Shown: piece after piece, positions 31,638 through 44,129 of the stretch | Position numbering within the stretch: the stretch's first letter is position 1 | Layout of the letters: every line of letters begins with the position of its first letter | Source of the DNA: the human T2T-CHM13v2.0 reference genome, Homo sapiens | Direction: 5' to 3' (one strand) | Length of the DNA stretch: 64,000 nucleotides | NCBI RefSeq assembly: GCF_009914755.1 | Contig: NC_060925.1 | The notes under the pieces: generated by a model | Seen by the model: only the letters and a program-made list of their open reading frames with translations | Database searches by the model: none | What the model was told of the DNA's origin: nothing | Position numbers and translations under genes: made by a program

Positions 31638-33427
31638 GCAGAGAGGGGACTATCTGAGTCCTGTCACGGCCTGTCAGGAGAGTGACAGGTGAGGGTGGGC
31701 AGGGGGTCTCTGAATGAACTGCTTTGCTGATATGCTGATAGGCTGTGTTTCTGTGTTTAGCTGAGGAGAGGGCGGGAGAGAGACCCAGGCTGGGAGGTGG
31801 GGGTGCCTGAGCCTCCTGTGCCATTTGGAGCATGTCATTATGGGGGAGTCACTTATTTTGCAGGGGGGAGGGGGGTCCCAGGCCTAACATTTGTAAAATT
31901 AGGGAATATGCTGGGACTAAGGGTTCGTTGTGGCCTGCAGTCTGTTTCTATTTATTTATTCATACTCATAAACATAGATCTCTAATATAGGCCAAGATTT
32001 TGAAAGAATTAGTAGTTGCAATTTCACCTTGTAAGACTTTCTCTTTTAGGTACCTTATATTAGTTTTACTTGTTAGTTACCCAGATATGTCAAGCATAGA
32101 GCTAAACTGAATGCCTGTGTATTTGCTGTAAGCATTGCCTGCCTTAATTCATGCTGTGATGTGGTGTGGTTTGCGGAATTCCTAGAGTGGCCAGTGCACC
32201 ATGACCACCAACTGACACTAGGCTCCTTCTAGCAAAGACCAGGGAATGTGGTGATGCCTTTAGTTGGTTTATAAAGGACTAGCACCCATGAGCAGGAAAG
32301 GGCACGACACTCATTTTGGCACTGTGACCGCCCTCCTGGTCACAACGCCTGGTCTCCACACTGGCAGGGCTGTTCTTTTACAAGGAGGGACACAGGGTTT
32401 GAGACAGGTCCAGTTGTCGCTCATCGAGAACTCGTGAAGACAGACAGGGGAGCAGTGACCCTGGAAATCAGCTGGGAGAGTCCATTCATCCACGTAGTGA
32501 GACCGTGTCTCTGTTGCGGTTCTTATGTCCACCCACATTCTGTGATTCATTGTGTGTTCTTATTAGTATATTATAATCTATTAGAGGGTATTTTTCTCTA
32601 ATTTTCTGTCATTTTGTAGTTCTGTGCAAAAGGCATGAAATTGTGGATTAAAATGAGGGCATCTGGATATTGCTAGAAAACACCAGCTGAATTCACAGGC
32701 TCGCAAAGAGGTCGTATGTTTGGAAAGCTTTAGCCATTGCTGTGGTTTTCTATTTTCTGGAGGTGGGGACAGGATAGGAGGTGGACCCTAGTCCCTAGAG
32801 ACTATTTCCAAAGTGTGTTTCCCAGTTGGGATCAATTATTGTTTGTTGACTTGGTCTCAGGATTGGGCTGCGTTCTAACTCGAGAATTGCCAGGCCTCAG
32901 GGAAGTGTCTGCTTTTCAGGGAAGTCCGCCCATCATCTGCCACTAACACAAGTCAGAGGGCCACGGCCATCACCAGTGCTGCAAGTGGGAAGGGCAGAGT
33001 GGACTTACATAAACACCGTGGCATTCCTGCCTGCAGCTCCGGAGCTCCACCCTCATTGCCACTATCTCTCCTTGGACTTGAACCACAGGCAGATGAGGCC
33101 CCAGGAATTAGTTGCACCTGAGAGTCTGGAAGTATAGCCCAACCCTCCATGTGTGGAAGGACAGGGTCCAGACCCCTCCCGTCCTGCTTCTGCAGTGGCT
33201 GAATGGCTGGAGGCCGCCATGACACCCCTCATACACATTCACTCACTCACCATTCACTCCCACTCTCCTGCCCCTGCTCCTTCCCAGGCTCCCAACTCTC
33301 TCTCTCATGTGTACCTTGAAGGTTTGCTAGATGATATCATAGTAGACGCTAACGAAATCGTTGTTAAATAAACAATAGAGTGACATGTATACAATCAATA
33401 AGACCAAAAAAGGTGTTTAAAAAAATC

Positions 33428-33704
33428 TTTTATTTTTATTTTTTAAGAGACAGGCCTCACTCCGTTGTACAGGCTGGAGTGCAGTGGCACAATCACTGTT
33501 CACTGCAGCCTTGAACTCCTAGGCTCAAATTATCCTCCTCCCTTAGCCTCCCAAGTAGCTGTGACTACAGCTACCGTGTCTGGCTAATTGTGAAATTTTT
33601 TGGTAAAGACAGGGTCTTGCTATGTTGCCCAGGCTGATCTTGAACCTCTGGGCTCAACCGATCTGAAGTGCAAAGATTACAGGAGTGAGCCACTGTGCCT
33701 GGCC
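33428..33704 (-). mobile_element. AluJ with internal deletions
   Basis: CACTGCAGCCTTGAACTCCTAGGCTCAA, GGGTCTTGCTATGTTGCCCAGGCTG. Confidence 0.92.
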
Positions 33705-34027
33705 CCCAAAAAGGATTTTAATGTTAGGAGCTGAGTTATCTGAGCAGACACAGTCCACTGTCTGGTCCCAAGGCTCCATGTAGAATTGTCTGCTTTTAGC
33801 ACACAGGCCCACCTGGGCTGGCCTGAGGAGGAAATTCAGGAGTGGGAGATGCCATCTTTTCCTAGCCAGGAGGGGCTGCAGAGCGTGTGGGCTGAGACTC
33901 TTGGGGAGGGGGTGTGAGGGGCAGTCGCATGGCCTCATGTGAAATTCTCCATAAAGAATCCCAGGCAGAAGGCCGTGGACAGGCAGGCTGGTGCACCGCA
34001 TGTGTGAAGATGAGCAGCAGGGACAAC

Positions 34028-34477
34028 GGGTGGGTGGGGGGAGGGAGTGGGGGAGGGAGCGGGAGGACTAGAGGGAGTGGGAGGACTAGGGAAAGTGGAA
34101 GAGGGAGTGGGGGGAGAGTGGGGAAAGAGTGGGGGAGGGAGTGGGGACGGAGTGGGGGGACTGGGGGAAGTGGGAGAGGGAGTGGAGGGAGAGTGGGGGA
34201 GGGAGTGGAGGGAGAGTGGGGGAGGGAGGAGGGAGGGAGTGGGGGAGGGAGAGTGGGGGAGGGAGTAGGGGGGTAATAGGGGGACAGTCGGGGGAGAGTC
34301 GGGGAGGGAGTGGGGGAGGAAATAGGGGGGTAATGGGGGAAGAGCCGGGGGAGAGTCGGGGAGGGAGTGGGGGAGGGAGTGGTGGAGGGATTGGGGGAGG
34401 GAATAGCGGGGTAATGGGGGGAGAGTCGGGGGAGAGTCGGGGGAGAGTCGGGGAGGGAGTGGGGGTGTCGGAGGAGG
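34028..34477 (+). repeat. G-rich low-complexity tract of degenerate ~11-12 bp units
   Basis: Repeated GGGGGAGGGAGT/GGGGGAGAGTC; dozens of G3-G6 runs on the + strand. Confidence 0.93.
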
Positions 34478-34539
34478 TCTGATATATTCACTCCTTCCTT
34501 TAATGATTTCAAATGAAGTGCTTTTTTTAAAAGGCAGGC

Positions 34540-34900
34540 TCACCAATGAGGTGCGGGAAGTCCCCGCAGAGAGAGAGCCCACGTAGTAAGTAAGGAACGG
34601 GGGCGGTTAGAGATTCTGGAGAGGCCGGATGGAAAATGCACACACGGTGAGCAGAAACCATGATCCTGAGACGCTGATGTCCAGGAGGGAGCCTCAGAGC
34701 AGGAACGCAGCCGCGGCAGGGGGCGGTGGGAGTCTGCGGTATGACGTAGGGTACGAAGGGCCTGGGGGTGGCAGAGCAGAGCCTGCTGCGGAGGCACAGG
34801 CTTCTCATTCCGCGCGAGTGACCGAGACATGGATCGCGCTCTTGCCGGAGGAGGGTGCACGTGCGGACCAGAGGCTTCCCAGCGCCACGGTGCCAAGTTG
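34540..34900. promoter_or_regulatory. Small non-repeat CpG-island-like region, candidate promoter/enhancer
   Basis: About 27 CpGs in ~340 bp (manual count); CCAAT ~34543, GGGAAGTCCC kB-type site 34555-34564, GGGGCGG boxes ~34600 and ~34720, TGACGT ~34742. Confidence 0.6.
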
Positions 34901-35470
34901 TGGGGGTGCTGAGCCAGGAGCTTCAGAAGAGCCTCACAAGCAGGGCACAAGCTGAGAAAAATGACAGCTCACGACACTCTTTCTTCATATTTAAACCAGA
35001 GGACCAAACAACTCAAGGTGCTCTTAAGGAAAGCCCGCAGTCGTCCAAGACTTTAAATGAAAACGCGGATCTGAAAATGGGTGAAGGAAATTTGAGGTAC
35101 CCACATTTGCCAGAACATCGCGTCCACCCTGAAGTAAGGTGCTACCTGTGGTGGACACCTTTGTGACACTTCGTCTCTAAGTGAGATAGGATTTCCAGGG
35201 AGCGTGGGACTGTCCCTGGATTGGTGGCTGCTGAGGAAGGATTTATTTTCCATGGAGCTCTAGTTGGCTGTGAGATTTTAGGTCAACAACTGGCTACAGA
35301 TGATAGATGGAGAGATAGCCCCTGTACAATATTCACTGTGGACTATTATTATATAGTGCATAGTAATAAGACAATGTACAAAATGTGATAGCGTACACTT
35401 CTTTCGTATGTAGAAAATGCAGGGATTTTTAAAAAGTGAGATTTACTTTGGTCTGAAGTCCTCATCAGGA

Positions 35471-35776
35471 GGCCAGGCGTGGTGGCTCAGGCCTGTAATC
35501 CCAGCACTTTGGGAGGCGAGGTGGGCAGATCACTTGAGGTCAGGAGTTCGAGACTAGCCTGGCCAACATGGCAAAACCCCATCTCTACTATAAATACAAA
35601 AATCAGCCGGGCGTGGTGGTGGGTGCCTGTAGTCTCAGCTAGTCGGGAGGCTGAGGCAGGAGAATCACTTGAATGCAGGAAATAGAGATTGCAGTGAGCC
35701 AAGATGGCACCACTGCATTCCAGCTGGGGCGACAGAACAAGACTCTGTCTCGAAATAAATAAATAGCAATAAAAAA
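35471..35776 (+). mobile_element. Alu (AluSz/Sx-like), full length
   Basis: Alu consensus; perfect 17-bp TSD TGAAGTCCTCATCAGGA. Confidence 0.96.
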
Positions 35777-36759
35777 TGAAGTCCTCATCAGGAAATGCAG
35801 TAAGCAGATGGTTATGAACTGGATTACGCTGCTGCAGACCGTCTTCTAAGACCATTTGTGTATCAGTGGTTGGAGGAGTGTGTAGGCCAACCTCTCTTTG
35901 AACTGTTGTAAATTCATTCAGGCAGATGACTAAAAATGACATAACCCCCACCCGTCTCCCAAGGGGGCAGGTGAGAGGTGGGTATAGCATTTCAGGTCAG
36001 AATGGGGGTTCTCACAATTCATCAGTGTTCGCTCCCCAAATCTGGATTTACAGTCTGAAATGTTCTTTCTTTAGCCTCTGAATGCCAGAAGTAAGCACTT
36101 CCTTTTAATTTTTATTTTTCCCTAGCAAATTCTTTAGTGAGCAAGCTTTTGTCTGATCTAACCTTTCTCTCCCCTGTTGGTTTCAGCCTCCACCTTTGTC
36201 TTGCCTTTCCCCCCACCACTTACTCCCACCCCCACTGCTGACGTGTTGTGAGTCGTCTCCTGGAAGCCACAGCCCTGCTGGTTTTCACTCAGGGTGGTGG
36301 GTCCCTTATGTGTGTCATGCTTTGCACAAGACAGCGAGGAGTGCCGGCTGGTTTGCTGGCCCCCAGCACTATGACCTGGCTTCCGTTCATGGCTCATAAG
36401 TTTCCAGTCTTTGGGGTATCTGTGGCTTTTATGTCATCTCACTGCCTCTCCTCTGCACAGGGACTGGCTTTGCTGTCGATGGCAGACTTAAGGCAAGTGC
36501 AGAAGGGAAGAGGACTGCTCAGAAACATCTCCTGGAGACACTGTATTTTCAGTGGGTCTCTCCAAATCCAGCAGAAAAAGGGCAAAATGTAGGGAAGGGG
36601 TGCCAACATGAAGCCATCATGGTGGTGCCAAGGATTTATTGGGCAGCAAGAATCAAAGGACTGGTGGGAAAGAAGAAATCAGAGTCAGCATGCAGGAGAA
36701 AAGCAGAACGGAGACAGTGTGGCTGGATTGATAGAATACTGGAAGGCCCAACAGATAGT

Positions 36760-37248
36760 CCCACACCCATGTTCACAGCACATTAGCCACGATTAGCCAA
36801 AAGAGGGAAGCAACACCAGGGCCCGTCACCGTATAAATGGATAAACGAGATGTGGTCTCTACATACAATAGAATGTTGTTTCAGCCGTAAAAAGGAATGA
36901 AATTCGGACACATGCTACAGCCTGGATGAACCTTGAAGACATGATGCTAGATCGAATCAGCCACAGTCACAAAAGCACAAATACTGTGTGACGCCACTTA
37001 GGTGAGGCACCTAGAGCAGCCAAATTCATAGAGACAAACCAGACGAAGTAGAGTGGTGGTTTCCAGGGGCTGGCGGGAGAATGGGCAGTGAGTGTTTAGT
37101 GGGTGCGGAGTTTCAGTTTGGGAAGATGCAGAGTGTTCTGGAGGTGGGCGGTGGTGACGGTTACACAGTCATGTGAATGTACTTAATGCCATGGAACTGT
37201 ACACTTAAAAATGATTAAAATGGTAAATTTATGTTACATTTTTACACA
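36760..37248 (+). mobile_element. L1MB-like 3' end
   Basis: CACCCATGTTCACAGCA...ATGGATAAACGAGATGTGG...GGATGAACCTTGAAGACAT...GTGAATGTACTTAATGCCA...AAAATGGTAAATTT. Confidence 0.9.
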
Positions 37249-37341
37249 CACGTGTGTGTGCACATGCTTGTAACTCTCCATTTTTTATCTTTTGATCCTA
37301 ACCTTGAACCTCTCCAGAGCCTTAACTTAAATATCTCCTCA

Positions 37342-37637
37342 GGCCGGGTGTGGTGGCTCATACCTGTAATCCCAGCACTTCGGGAGGCCGATGCCAGCGG
37401 ATCACTTGGGGTCAGGAGTTTGAGACCAGCCTGGCCAACATGCTGAAACCCCATCTCTACTAAAAATACAAAAATTAGCCAGGCATGGTGGTGGGCGCCT
37501 GTAATGCCAGCTACTCGGGAGGCTGAGGCACGAGAATTGCTTGAACTTGGGAGGCGGAGGTTGCAGTGAGCTGAGATCCGCACCACTGCACTCCAGCCTG
37601 GGCGACGGAGTGAGACTCCGTGTCAAAAAAAAAAAAA
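37342..37637 (+). mobile_element. Alu (AluS), full length
   Basis: Alu consensus; TSD ATCTCCTC. Confidence 0.96.
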
Positions 37638-38409
37638 TCTCCTCTACGAGTGGATGTCGGGTGAGGTGGGCTGGGGTGGGCGATTTATTTGGGGCTTAGA
37701 AGGAAGCAGAAAAGTTCAGTCATCTTCTGTTACCCATACAGCAAGGTACAAGAAACAATGTGTGTGGGAGCAGCAATGGCCTCTCTCTCTTTTTATTTTT
37801 CAGAGGAAGTGGTGGTAATTCCTTTTAGTGTCTTGCATTCTACATGCAGCTTTAAAATCTACACTGACATGTTTCAAGCAATCTCATAGGTGGCTACTAA
37901 CTTAATTTGTGTTTTGCTCATTCCTAATGCGCAGGAATGTTATGAAAATGTTCGTTCCTGGTGTTAACTAACTCTGTTCAGTCCTTGTATCCTGGTTGAT
38001 TAATGGCAAGGTAATTGCCCTTCATTTCTTTGCCTTCAAAGCAGTGCCACCTAGGTCTTTACTGCCCTCAAAACAGATGTCTTCTGCAAAGAGTGAAATT
38101 CCGATCAGTCAGTCCCTCCTCATAAAACATGTAGGTGAGAGGCCACTTGGATGCACAGGAAGGTTGCAAAGCCAGCTGCCCTGCAGGAGCCTTCAGAAGA
38201 GTGACCTCCATCTGGGGTCAGACCCCGGCTCCCTGGAGGGTCAGCAGAGGAGAAGGGGCATCTTCTGGAGAGGAGTATGGGTGCGGGGCAGACAAAGGAA
38301 CAGAAACAGAAACAATCAAGAATGAGGAGTGAGCCTGCAGTGCACCTTAGAGTGTGTGTCTATTTTCTGCCAAGGGTGAGATGTTCTGAGCATTTTCTCT
38401 ATGTCTACC

Positions 38410-38590
38410 TCCGTCAAGTACTTTCCATAACTGCTGTCATGTCAGCCTCCTACTAACCCTGTACAGTAGGTATGACTGCCGTTCCGTTTTCATAGATGAG
38501 ACCGAAGGGTAAAGAGGGTAGATAACTGGACCGAGTCTACACATGTATTAGGTGTCGGAGTTGGGATTTGAACCCAGGTCTCATGACCTT
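38410..38590 (-). mobile_element. MIR fragment
   Basis: AACCCTGTACAGTAGGTA...TTTTCATAGATGAG...GGGATTTGAACCCAGGTC. Confidence 0.75.
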
Positions 38591-39162
38591 AAGTTGGGCG
38601 AGAACTGGATGTAATCTGGAGTGGCCAGCATGTTCCGCTGGGGCTGTGATTTCAGTTATCTGTAAGAAAGCATGAGGCAGCTAAAACCACTGAGGCCCAG
38701 CACCAGTGCAGCATCTCTGATTTCCTTTTGCCCTGCTTGTGTCTGGGGACTTCAGACTGTCTGTCTGCTCTCTGGATTCTGTGGTCCAACTGGCACTTCT
38801 GTGCTAAAAATGAAGGCATAATTGAGGCATCACGGACCCCAGATGGGCCCTGCAGCCTGGGGCAAGGCTCAGCTGACCTCATGGCACCCGTCTCAGTCTA
38901 ATCCAGTCTTGGATTGCCACTTCCCCTTTTTGGCTTTGCCTTGTCCTCCCCTGGCCTGGCATCCCAGGCTCCTGCTTGTGGTTTACCTGTGTGACACACA
39001 CAGACACATATACGCACTCTAGTGCCAAACATGACAGACCAGGAGGTTGGTTTTCTTAGCCTGAGAATCTGCATCATCTGAATGAGGTAGAATCTGGAGG
39101 AGTCTGGACTGTGAGGAAGCTTGGGAAGGAGTCAGGATGGGATGTGCTGCCCATCAACGCCT

Positions 39163-39798
39163 GCAGGGAAAGAAGAGTCCCACGCAGGGAAAGGAGAGTC
39201 CCACGCGGGAAAAGGAGAGTGCCACGCGGGGAAAGGAGAGTCCCACGAGGGGAAAGGAGAGTCCCACGAGGGGAAAGGGGGGTCCCACGCGGGGAAAGAA
39301 GGGTCCCACGCGGGGAAAGAAGGGTCCCACGTGGGGAAAGAAGAGTCCCACGAGGGGAAAGGAGGGTCCCACGCAGGGAGAGTCCCACGCAGGGAAAGGA
39401 GAGTCCCACGCAGGGAAAGGAAGGTCCCACGCAGGGAAAGAAGAGCCCCACGCGGAGAAGGAGGAGTCCCACGAAGGGAAAGGAGGGTCCCACGAAGGGA
39501 AAGGAGGGTCCCACGCAGGGAAAGAAGAGTCCCACGCGGGGAGAGCCCCATGCAGGGAAAGAGGGTCCCACGCAGGGAAAGGAGAGTCCCACGCAGGGAA
39601 AGGAGGGTCCCACGCAGGGAAAGGAGGGTCCCACGCAGGGAAAGGAGAGTCCCACGCAGGGAGAGTCCCACGCAGGGAAAGGAGGGTCCCACGCAGGGAA
39701 AGGAGGGTCCCACGCAGGGAAAGGAGGGTCCCACGCAGGGAGAGTCCCATGCAGGGAAAGAAGGTCCCACGCAGGGAAAGGAGAGTCCCACGCAGGGA
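39163..39798 (+). repeat. 21-bp minisatellite/VNTR, 31 units (25 x 21 bp, 4 x 16 bp, 2 x 20 bp) plus partial unit
   Basis: Consensus GCAGGGAAAGGAG(A/G)GTCCCAC parsed unit by unit. Confidence 0.98.
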
Positions 39799-40735
39799 TT
39801 GCTGTTCCACTCTGCATAGCCGCTGGGCTTTCTGCTGCACGGATGCCATCTAGAAGAAGCACCATCCACTGTTCTCAGAAAGAAGAGAGAGGAAGGAGAC
39901 AGGAGTGCGTAGAGTGAGTGGGCCATCAGAAAAAGGACTGCTCTGGGGATGCAGGAGACCCGCTTGTAGGATTTAGGGGCACCGTGCAAGACAGGGGTCA
40001 TGGTATGCGGGTGCCTCCGACTGGCGGCTGCGTGGTGGATCTGGCCACTTGGTGAAGGTCGCAGTGACCTTGATCTGCTCTGGGGAGGGATGCTGTTTTG
40101 CCTTTCTTCACGCACGTGGAATCAGGACTAGCTGGACTGGCAGGAAAAGGTTCTCTCTGGAATAATGGTTTGCTTCTCTGCAGGCTCGTGCGGCGGCTCG
40201 TGCGGAGCCCTGTGAGCACTCATTCTTGGGAGAGCACCTGAAGCCGCCTCCAGGTTTAGTCATTTCCTGCTTTTTCCTATACATACCTTCCGTATCAACA
40301 TGCTTTTTGGCCTTCCTCGCCTGAATACATCTGATACCCTATGAATTCTTACCTTTCTTTTTCCAAAGTGGCCAGGAACTGAAAATGCAACTTCATTAAA
40401 CTGGAAAGACTGGCTCTTTGCTAATTAGTCCATTTGAAATGAAACTAGGCTAGGATTTTTGGTTCACCTCCCAGATCACAGGAATGTATTGCCTCATTAA
40501 CAGTTGAAGAAGCAGTTTTAAATGATCCAAGAACAAGCTGACCACTTGGATTCCTGGGTAGTCGGCTGGGCCTCCTGTCTTTCTGCAGGTTTGTGACTTA
40601 CCTTTGCTTCCATGGGAAGAAAGGAGGCGGGAAATGAGGTACAAAGAGAAAATTGGAGTGAGTGGGCATTTTGGTTTATCAAGTAGAAGCAATTCTGTGT
40701 GTATGTTTGGGAGGATGTGGAGAGCATTTAGAAGT

Positions 40736-41069
<334 letters not shown>

Positions 41070-41098
41070 TAGCCTGGTGACCTAGAAGTACTTAGGAA

Positions 41099-41121
41099 AT
41101 GTGTGTGTGTGTGTGTGTGTG
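41099..41121. repeat. (TG)n microsatellite
   Basis: Direct reading. Confidence 0.9.
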
Positions 41122-41174
41122 CACCCGTGTATGAGTATATGTGTTTTGGTTTTCCAATCTTTGGTTCACGAATG

Positions 41175-41246
41175 TAGTCCATATTCTTAGAACTGACTCA
41201 CATATAGGAATTCAATAAATATTTATTGAATTAATAAATAAATGAC
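41175..41246 (+). mobile_element. L2 3' terminus
   Basis: CACATATAGGAATTCAATAAATATTTATTGAATTAATAAATAAATGA. Confidence 0.7.
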
Positions 41247-41820
41247 TATGGTGTGTGTGTTTATAGGTGCACACACAAACACACACACAGAGTAACATCT
41301 CACCCATAAGTCATTTATCGAGCAACCATAAGTATTTAAAATAAATGACAAATTAGAAAGTCCAGAAGACCATGCAGTGGCTGCATAAAGGTGACAAAGC
41401 TCATGCTTGTGTTTCTTTAAAAGAAACTTATCACCCTTCGCAGCCAGGTCTCCTTTAGATAGCGTGCTTGGCCGGGAGCAGATCAGAAATGGCAAACTAA
41501 AGATAAAGACAATCACAAAGGCAAAACCAACAAAGCGACAGCTAACAGCTTGACAGGAAGAGAGGGGACAGAAAGCAGACACAGAGTCTCTAAGCACAGC
41601 CGTCTGGTTTGGGGCAAACAACTTTTTGCACTTTACCGTGCCTGTGGAAACTATGTCATGCGGCATGGAATGAAATTAATTAACATTCGTAGTAGACGCT
41701 GAATCATCAAAAGCTTGAATTATATCTCATAACTTTGTAGGAAGATGAAGTTACTCTAGCAAGATTCCTTCAAAATGGTTTACTTGTTTCTTAAAGAGTA
41801 CAGGCTTCCATTATGTACAC

Positions 41821-42040
41821 CAGGAGGCAGAAAACTGTGGTCAGCAGACCAAAGCCAGCCTGCTGCTTGTTTTTGTAAATAAAGTTTTATTGGAAACAAC
41901 CATGCTCATTCATTTACGTGTTTCTGATGGCAACTTCCTCCTTCCCCTCAGCAGAACTGAGTAGTTGAGACAGAAACCATATGGCCTGCAGAGCCAAAAA
42001 TACTTAATGGTTATTTATAGCAGAAGTTTGCCAGTCCCCA
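41821..42040. mobile_element. MER58A (hAT-Charlie) fossil
   Basis: GTTTTTGTAAATAAAGTTTTATTGGAAACAACCATGCTCATTCATTTAC...GAGTAGTTGAGACAGAAACCATATGGCCTGCA...AAGTTTGCCA. Confidence 0.85.
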
Positions 42041-42548
42041 ATCCAGATGTTGGGTTCCTCTTGAATGTTGGTTTGTGCTTATGTATACATCTGATTCACT
42101 TGCACGCATTACCAAGTGATCCATATACACGAGTGTGAACACATACGCATTTCTGTGTGGTAGTAAGCACAACTAAGTGTGAGCACCACATTCTCAGACA
42201 TAGCTCTAGAAGAGAGTTTCTAAGAAATTAGCTCTGAGTCTTTTCTGCTTCAGTCAGCTGATGGCATGGAGCAGTATGTTGTAACCTCTGACCCGAAGGG
42301 CAAAGGCCTTCTGGAGGAAGTGTACACCCCTCAGAAGCCTCCCTGTACATTCACCATCCCCAAAATAGCTCCTTGAGTAGAGGTGCATCGATCACCCCCA
42401 AAGCTTACATAAGATCCTAGCAGTCAGAAGGATTCAGTGATTAGGTATCCCAGACTACATAGGGTCTTGTGGGATATTTCATTGGTACTAGAAGTTGACT
42501 GCAATGGCAAGAAAGGTATGCTTCATAGGGTAGAATTTTGCTTTTAGG

Positions 42549-42842
42549 GTTTTTTTTTTTTTTGAGACGTAATCTCGCTCTGTCCAGGTTGGAGTGCAGT
42601 AGTGCTATCTCGGCTCACTGCCACCTCCGTGTCCTGGGTTCAAGTGATTCTCCTGCCTCAGCCTCCTGAGTAGCTAGGATTACAGGCCTGTGCCACCACG
42701 CCTGGCTAATTTTTTTGTATTTTTAGTAGAGACGGGGTTTCACCATGTTGGTCAGGCTGGTCTCGAGCTCCTTACCTCGTGATCCACCTGCCTCAGCCTC
42801 CCAAAGTTCTGGAATTACAGGCATGAGCCACCGCACCCGGCC
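42549..42842 (-). mobile_element. Alu (AluSg-like), full length
   Basis: Alu consensus; TSD TTTTAGG. Confidence 0.95.
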
Positions 42843-43696
42843 TTTTAGGCTATTCTTGTGGCCTTTGTCACTGACTTAATGGATAAAGTTTCTTCTGCTA
42901 AGGCGGCCATGTTGGTTTATTATTCTGTACGGATGTGGCTGATACCACATTAGTGTGAGCTTTCACTAGTGCTCACTTTGATAGCCTCCTTGCACAGCCT
43001 AGCTAATATATGTCACTGGACTCCATTAATTTTATAGTGTCAGTAGCCCAGAACTCATTAAGGAAGACAAGTTTCTGAGATTGTAGATTCCTATGGGTAA
43101 AATATGTATATTATCATAAAATAGGTACTAAAACGTGATTTGGATTTGGGATGTGGAAGTAAGTGCCATTTTATTATTGAGATATTCATATACCATAAAA
43201 TTGACGTTTTAAAGTAATTTTTAGTATAGTCACAAAATCATGAATATATATTTTCACCTTGTTTTAAATATAAGAAGATTGGTTCATTTTGAAGAATTCT
43301 GTGTGACCCATATCAAAGTAGCTGTTGCAGTTGTGTAGAGATTCACACATGTATGCTCTGTCAAGATTTACCAGTTGGCATGTGTGCCATAGGATTTACT
43401 GAGTGTGGATTATGACAGTCCTAGGTCCCTTGATTTTATTTTATATACATATCAAATTGCTCTTCCCCATTGGGCCGTGTTGGAGAACACCAGGGCCCAG
43501 GGCCCAAGCCTCTAGCCTACCCCAGGCCCAGGGGTTTGAACAACCTCCCTACCTTCTGGAAACCCATTTCCCCCCAATACTGGCTGGAAGGTATGAGGAG
43601 TCGTCTTTCTTACTGTCCTTATCACTACAGGAAACAGGGAAAGCATAAGAAAAATGACAAAATGTTCCAGCTGAGCTAGAGTCTCATTGGAGGGTA

Positions 43697-44045
43697 CAAT
43701 TGTCTCTGAGTATCAGTGGAAGAGTGCCTCCAGGACTCCTACAGAAACTAAAATCCACAAATGCTCAAGTCCCTGGTATAAAATGTCATGGTATTTGCGT
43801 ATAACCCAGGTACGTCCTCCGGTATATCTGAAATGATGCCTAGATTACCTATAATACCTAATACAATATAAATGCTATATAAATAGTTGTTATTCTGTAT
43901 TGTTTGAGGAATAATGACAAGGAAAAAAACTCTGTACGTGTTAAGTACAGACGCAACCATCCTTTTTTTTTTTTCTGAATACTTTTAATCCATGGTTGTT
44001 TGAATCCATAAATGTGGAACCCACGGATACAGATGGCTGAGTATG
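43697..44045 (+). mobile_element. MER2 (TcMar-Tigger), full-length fossil
   Basis: AAAATCCACAAATGCTCAAGTCCCTGGTATAAAATG...TATAATACCTAATACAAT...AGTACAGACGCAACCATCC...GGAACCCACGGATAC; TA flanks. Confidence 0.9.
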
Positions 44046-44129
44046 TACTAACATATAAATAGGGCTAGCCTTGCTTTTCTGCAGCCCCTGTCCCTAACAT
44101 CTTATTCTAAGTGGCCCTGGGCAAAGTGA

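Noticed and set aside
33862-34582. Proline-rich and glycine-rich ORFs of up to 216 aa
   Set aside because: Translation of the G-rich low-complexity tract; no domain or exon structure
34629-34955. 108-aa ORF across the CpG island (MENAHTVSRN...)
   Set aside because: GC-rich DNA is stop-poor and I recognise no homology; not called as CDS without a protein search or ribosome profiling
39074-40115. Six overlapping ORFs of 231-327 aa, the longest in the window
   Set aside because: All six frames are open only because the 21-bp repeat unit contains no stop codon in any frame; the peptides are pure repeat translations
41209-41232. Perfect 24-bp palindrome AATTCAATAAATATTTATTGAATT
   Set aside because: Expected from the quasi-palindromic L2 3' terminus
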